A DNA stretch of 64,000 nt, taken from assembly GCA_963702425.1 (NCBI GenBank), contig CAVPCQ010000018.1, forward strand, positions 32,001 to 96,000. The letters are read 5' to 3'. Position numbers and translations under genes: made by a program. This stretch comes from an uncultured Acidobacteriota bacterium (lineage in GTDB: Bacteria > Acidobacteriota > Polarisedimenticolia > J045). Shown here one piece after another: positions 60,856-64,000 of this stretch (its first letter is position 1; every line of letters begins with the position of its first letter). The notes under the pieces are model-generated. The model made no database searches, was not told the DNA's origin, and saw nothing but the letters and a program-made list of their open reading frames with translations.

Positions 60856-61896
60856 ATGAGCACGCCGGGAGAGCGGCTCGACGCGGTTCCCCGGATCGAG
60901 CTGGCGGCGCTCCCCACCCCGCTGCAGGAAGCCCGCCGCCTCGCGGACCACCTCGGGCTCTCGCGGCTCCTCGTCAAGCGCGACGACACGACCGGCCTCG
61001 GACTCGGCGGCAACAAGGCCAGGAAGCTGGAGTACATCTTCCCCGCGATCCTCGCAGCGGGGTGTGACGTCGTCGTCACCGTCGGCGGGGCGCAGTCCAA
61101 CCACGCCGCGATGACAGCCGCCGCGGCCCGGCGGCTGGGCCTGGACGCGAAGCTCGTCCTCGGCGGCCCGGACTTCGTGGACGTTGCGGGGAACGCGCTG
61201 CTCGACGTCCTGCTCGGTGCCGAGATCCGCTTCATGGTGGACGACGACGACAACGACGCGATGACCGCCGAGATGGAGCGCTGGGTCGGGCAGCTCCGCC
61301 GCGAGGGGCGCCGGCCGTACGCGCTGCCGATCGGCGGCAGCACCGGCGCCGGGGCGCTCGGCTACGTGCGCGCCGTGCGGGAGCTGGCCGCGCAGCTCGG
61401 GCCCACAGCGGCCGGCCCGGTGCAGGTTCTCACCGCCGTCGGCTCGTGCGGGACGCTCGCCGGCCTGCACCTCGGCGCGCGGCTCTTCCTGCCGGGCGCG
61501 CGGGTGATCGGGATCAGCGTGTCGCGCCCGGCGGGCGCCATCGCGCGGCGAACGGTCGAGATCGTCGAGGAGAGCGCGCGCCTGCTGGGCCTCGAGGGAG
61601 CGCTGTCGGAATCGGACGTCGAGTGCTACGACGACACCTTCGAGAGCTACGGCGTCGCGACGGCCGCGGGGAAGGAGGCGATCCTCGCCTGCGCGCGGCT
61701 CGAGGGGCTGCTGCTCGATCCGACTTACACCGGCAAGTCGATGGCCGGCCTGTTCGATCTCGCGCGGCGCGGAGCGATCGACCGCTCGGTGCCGACCGTC
61801 TTCCTTCACACGGGCGGACTGCCGATCCTGTTCGCCTCCGGAAGTGCGTTCCAGGACGCGGCGGCGCTCACGAAGATCCCGCCCCGCCCCGCGTAG
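60856..61896 (+). CDS. D-cysteine desulfhydrase-family PLP enzyme
   Basis: KRDD..GGNKARKLEY, QSNH, LDPTYTGK, FLHTGG (Thr at the positions where true ACC deaminases have Glu/Leu). Confidence 0.88.
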   Translation: MSTPGERLDAVPRIELAALPTPLQEARRLADHLGLSRLLVKRDDTTGLGLGGNKARKLEYIFPAILAAGCDVVVTVGGAQSNHAAMTAAAARRLGLDAKLVLGGPDFVDVAGNALLDVLLGAEIRFMVDDDDNDAMTAEMERWVGQLRREGRRPYALPIGGSTGAGALGYVRAVRELAAQLGPTAAGPVQVLTAVGSCGTLAGLHLGARLFLPGARVIGISVSRPAGAIARRTVEIVEESARLLGLEGALSESDVECYDDTFESYGVATAAGKEAILACARLEGLLLDPTYTGKSMAGLFDLARRGAIDRSVPTVFLHTGGLPILFASGSAFQDAAALTKIPPRPA

Positions 61897-61939
61897 CCGA
61901 CACCGACCCCGCCCGCCCCGGGCGATTGCCGAGGAGAGC

Positions 61940-63490
61940 ATGGGCACCCGTTCCGTACGACGCTTCGCGGCCGGACTCGCGATCGCCCTCGGCGCGGCGC
62001 TGAGCTTCGTGGGCCAGGCACCGGCCGGCGCGCCCCGGGACGCCGGCGACGCCGTGCCCGCGCTGATCGCGGCGCTCGCCGACGCCGATCCGTACGTCAA
62101 CGGCGAGGCGACGAACGCGCTGGGCCGGATCGGCGCGGCCAGCGTCCCCGCCCTCGTGCGCGCGCTGGAGGACCCGCGGGAGAACGTCCGCTGGTGTGCG
62201 GCGATCGCGCTCGGCAAGGTCGGACCCGATGCGCGGCCGGCGGTCCCCGCACTGGTGCGGGCCCTCGGCGACACCAACGCCAATGTCCGCTACTGCGCAG
62301 CGATCGCGCTCGGCTCGATCGGTGGTGCCGCAGGCGACGGCCCGGGCGCCCCCTCCGGGCGGGACGCCCTGCCGGCCCTTCGCGAGTCGCTCCACGACGC
62401 GGACGCCGACGTGCGCGGCGGCGCGGCGTGGGCGCTCGCCGCGATCGATCCGGCGGGGAGCGCCAGGGCACCCGACTGGGAGACGACGGTCGCGACGATC
62501 GACCGGCTCACGCCGCTCCTGATGGAGGAGCTCCACGTCCCCGGCGTGTCGATCGCGCTGATCCGCGACGGCCAGGTCGCCTGGTCGAAGGGCTACGGCG
62601 TCGCCGACGCGGCGAAGCGCGAGCCCGTGACGCGCGCCACCCTCTTCGAGGCCGCGTCGATGACCAAGCCGGTCTTCGCCTGGACGGTGCTCGAGCTCGT
62701 CGACGAGGGGAAGCTCAAGCTCGACCGGCCGCTCGTCGAGTACCTCGACGAGCCGGCCCTGCCCGACCAGCCCGAGCGCCGACGGATCACCGCGCGCATG
62801 GTCCTCTCGCACACCTCCGGCTTCCCGAACTGGCGCAAGGGGGACGAGGAGCGGGAAGGGCCGCTCCCGGTCCTGTTCCCGCCGGGCTCGCGGTTCGGCT
62901 ACTCGGGCGAGGGGGTCTTCTACTTGCAGCGGGTGGTCGAGCAGGTCACGGGCGAGCCGCTCGAAGTGCACGCGCAGCGGACCCTGTTCGCGCCGCTGGG
63001 ACTGAAGTCGACCAGCTACGCCTGGACCGCGGAGCTCGACCCGAAGCTGGCCACCGGCCACGCCGAGGACGGAAGCGTCCTGCCGCGGGCGAGGTACACG
63101 CACGCCAACGCCGCCTACTCGCTGGTCACGACGCCCGGGGAGTACGCGCGATTCCTGGTCGCGATCATGACTCCGGACCGCTCCGCGTCCTGGTCGCTCT
63201 CGCGGCGCTCGCGCGAGGCGATGCTCGCGCACCAGGTCGAGGCCGACGCGAGGGAACCGATCCAGCGCCCCGGCCGGGCCCGGGGGCTGGAGACCTTCTG
63301 GGGACTCGGTTGGGGTATCAACACGACCGCGGCCGGCGACATCGTCTACCACAGCGGCTCCAACCGGACGGGTTTCCGGTGCTACAGCCAGTTCTCCCCC
63401 ACGCGGGGCTCGGGAATCGTCATCATGACCAACGGCGCCGGCGGCGGGGAGCTCTGGACCCGCCTGATCAGCGCGGTCGGCGACCTGTGA
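61940..63490 (+). CDS. Secreted HEAT-repeat plus serine hydrolase (beta-lactamase/D-peptidase family) fusion
   Basis: Signal peptide, about four HEAT repeats (VPALVRALED..NVR..AAIALG), ASMTK (SxxK), LSHTSG, FGYSG, HSG. Confidence 0.88.
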   Translation: MGTRSVRRFAAGLAIALGAALSFVGQAPAGAPRDAGDAVPALIAALADADPYVNGEATNALGRIGAASVPALVRALEDPRENVRWCAAIALGKVGPDARPAVPALVRALGDTNANVRYCAAIALGSIGGAAGDGPGAPSGRDALPALRESLHDADADVRGGAAWALAAIDPAGSARAPDWETTVATIDRLTPLLMEELHVPGVSIALIRDGQVAWSKGYGVADAAKREPVTRATLFEAASMTKPVFAWTVLELVDEGKLKLDRPLVEYLDEPALPDQPERRRITARMVLSHTSGFPNWRKGDEEREGPLPVLFPPGSRFGYSGEGVFYLQRVVEQVTGEPLEVHAQRTLFAPLGLKSTSYAWTAELDPKLATGHAEDGSVLPRARYTHANAAYSLVTTPGEYARFLVAIMTPDRSASWSLSRRSREAMLAHQVEADAREPIQRPGRARGLETFWGLGWGINTTAAGDIVYHSGSNRTGFRCYSQFSPTRGSGIVIMTNGAGGGELWTRLISAVGDL

Positions 63491-63566
63491 GACCGCAGCG
63501 CGGCCGGCACCCGGATCGCAACGAAGGTTGACACGGCACCACCAGCACGGATCAGGAGACCGACCG

Positions 63567-64000
63567 ATGGCCGACGCGTCACCGAACGACAAGGGCCGCT
63601 TCCGCATGCCGCACACCCTGGTGATCGTGGGGTCGCTGATCGTGCTGGTCCTCGCGCTCTCGTGGGTGATCCCCTCGGGGACCTACGAGCGCGTCGACAA
63701 GGACGGCCGGATGGTGACGGTCCCCGGGACCTACCAGCAGGTCGAGAAGCACCTGCTGGGGCCGCAGTGGCTCTTGACCTCGCCCTTCAAGGGGTTCCTC
63801 GACGGGGCGCTGATCATCGCCTTCCTGTTCGTCATCGGCGGCGCCTTCAACGTGATCCAGGCCACCGGCTCGATCGACTTCGCGATCCGGCGGATCACCG
63901 CCGCGCTCGCCGCGCACCCCGCGATGGAGAAGCTGACGATCCCCGTCCTGATGGTCATCTTCTCGCTCGCCGGCTCGGTCTTCGGGATGGCCGAGGAGAC
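63567..64000 (+). CDS. YfcC/DcuC-family transporter (truncated by the window end)
   Basis: AGGAG RBS, ATG 63567; reads RMPHTLVIV..WVIPSGTYERV..VPGTY..FLFVIGGAF..GSVFGMAEE; not in the ORF track because it has no stop in the window. Confidence 0.88.
   Translation, partial: MADASPNDKGRFRMPHTLVIVGSLIVLVLALSWVIPSGTYERVDKDGRMVTVPGTYQQVEKHLLGPQWLLTSPFKGFLDGALIIAFLFVIGGAFNVIQATGSIDFAIRRITAALAAHPAMEKLTIPVLMVIFSLAGSVFGMAEE

Noticed and set aside
60856-61896. ACC deaminase (acdS)
   Set aside because: Has YTGK and HTGG rather than the Glu/Leu residues diagnostic of true ACC deaminases

Overview
A very GC-rich (about 70-75% by eye), gene-dense bacterial chromosome segment with about 53 plausible CDSs. 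I recognised no rRNA, tRNA, CRISPR array, prophage or transposase. The gene style (Oar-like TonB receptor, MacB/FtsX-type ABC set, NapC-like multiheme cytochrome, cysteine-repeat surface protein) suggests Acidobacteriota or a similar lineage, but that is inference. Housekeeping genes include epmA-efp/epmB, fahA, mgtE, ribA, rmuC, the methylmalonyl-CoA mutase large subunit, pgi and glnA. The most notable signals are: (1) 38989-42210, with two tandemly duplicated promoter-leader-gene-terminator units for globular-domain-free Lys/Arg-repeat histone H1/Hc2-like proteins, an adjacent sigma54 activator with a degenerate receiver, and a complete sigma54 promoter (enhancer-like palindrome, exact IHF consensus, -24/-12) driving an unknown 71-aa protein; (2) four GTAG-type REP clusters whose GTAG supplies the TAG stop codon of five genes; (3) a GntR-associated TonB receptor/secreted cyanophycinase/CapA/peptidase/D-cysteine desulfhydrase-like/HEAT-serine hydrolase/YfcC locus that looks like a utilisation system for isopeptide or D-amino-acid polymers, with two apparent frameshifts; (4) a ~1950-aa beta-helix surface protein next to an O-antigen-ligase-like gene and a kinase-pseudokinase tandem. 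All calls come from motifs read by eye, not database searches.
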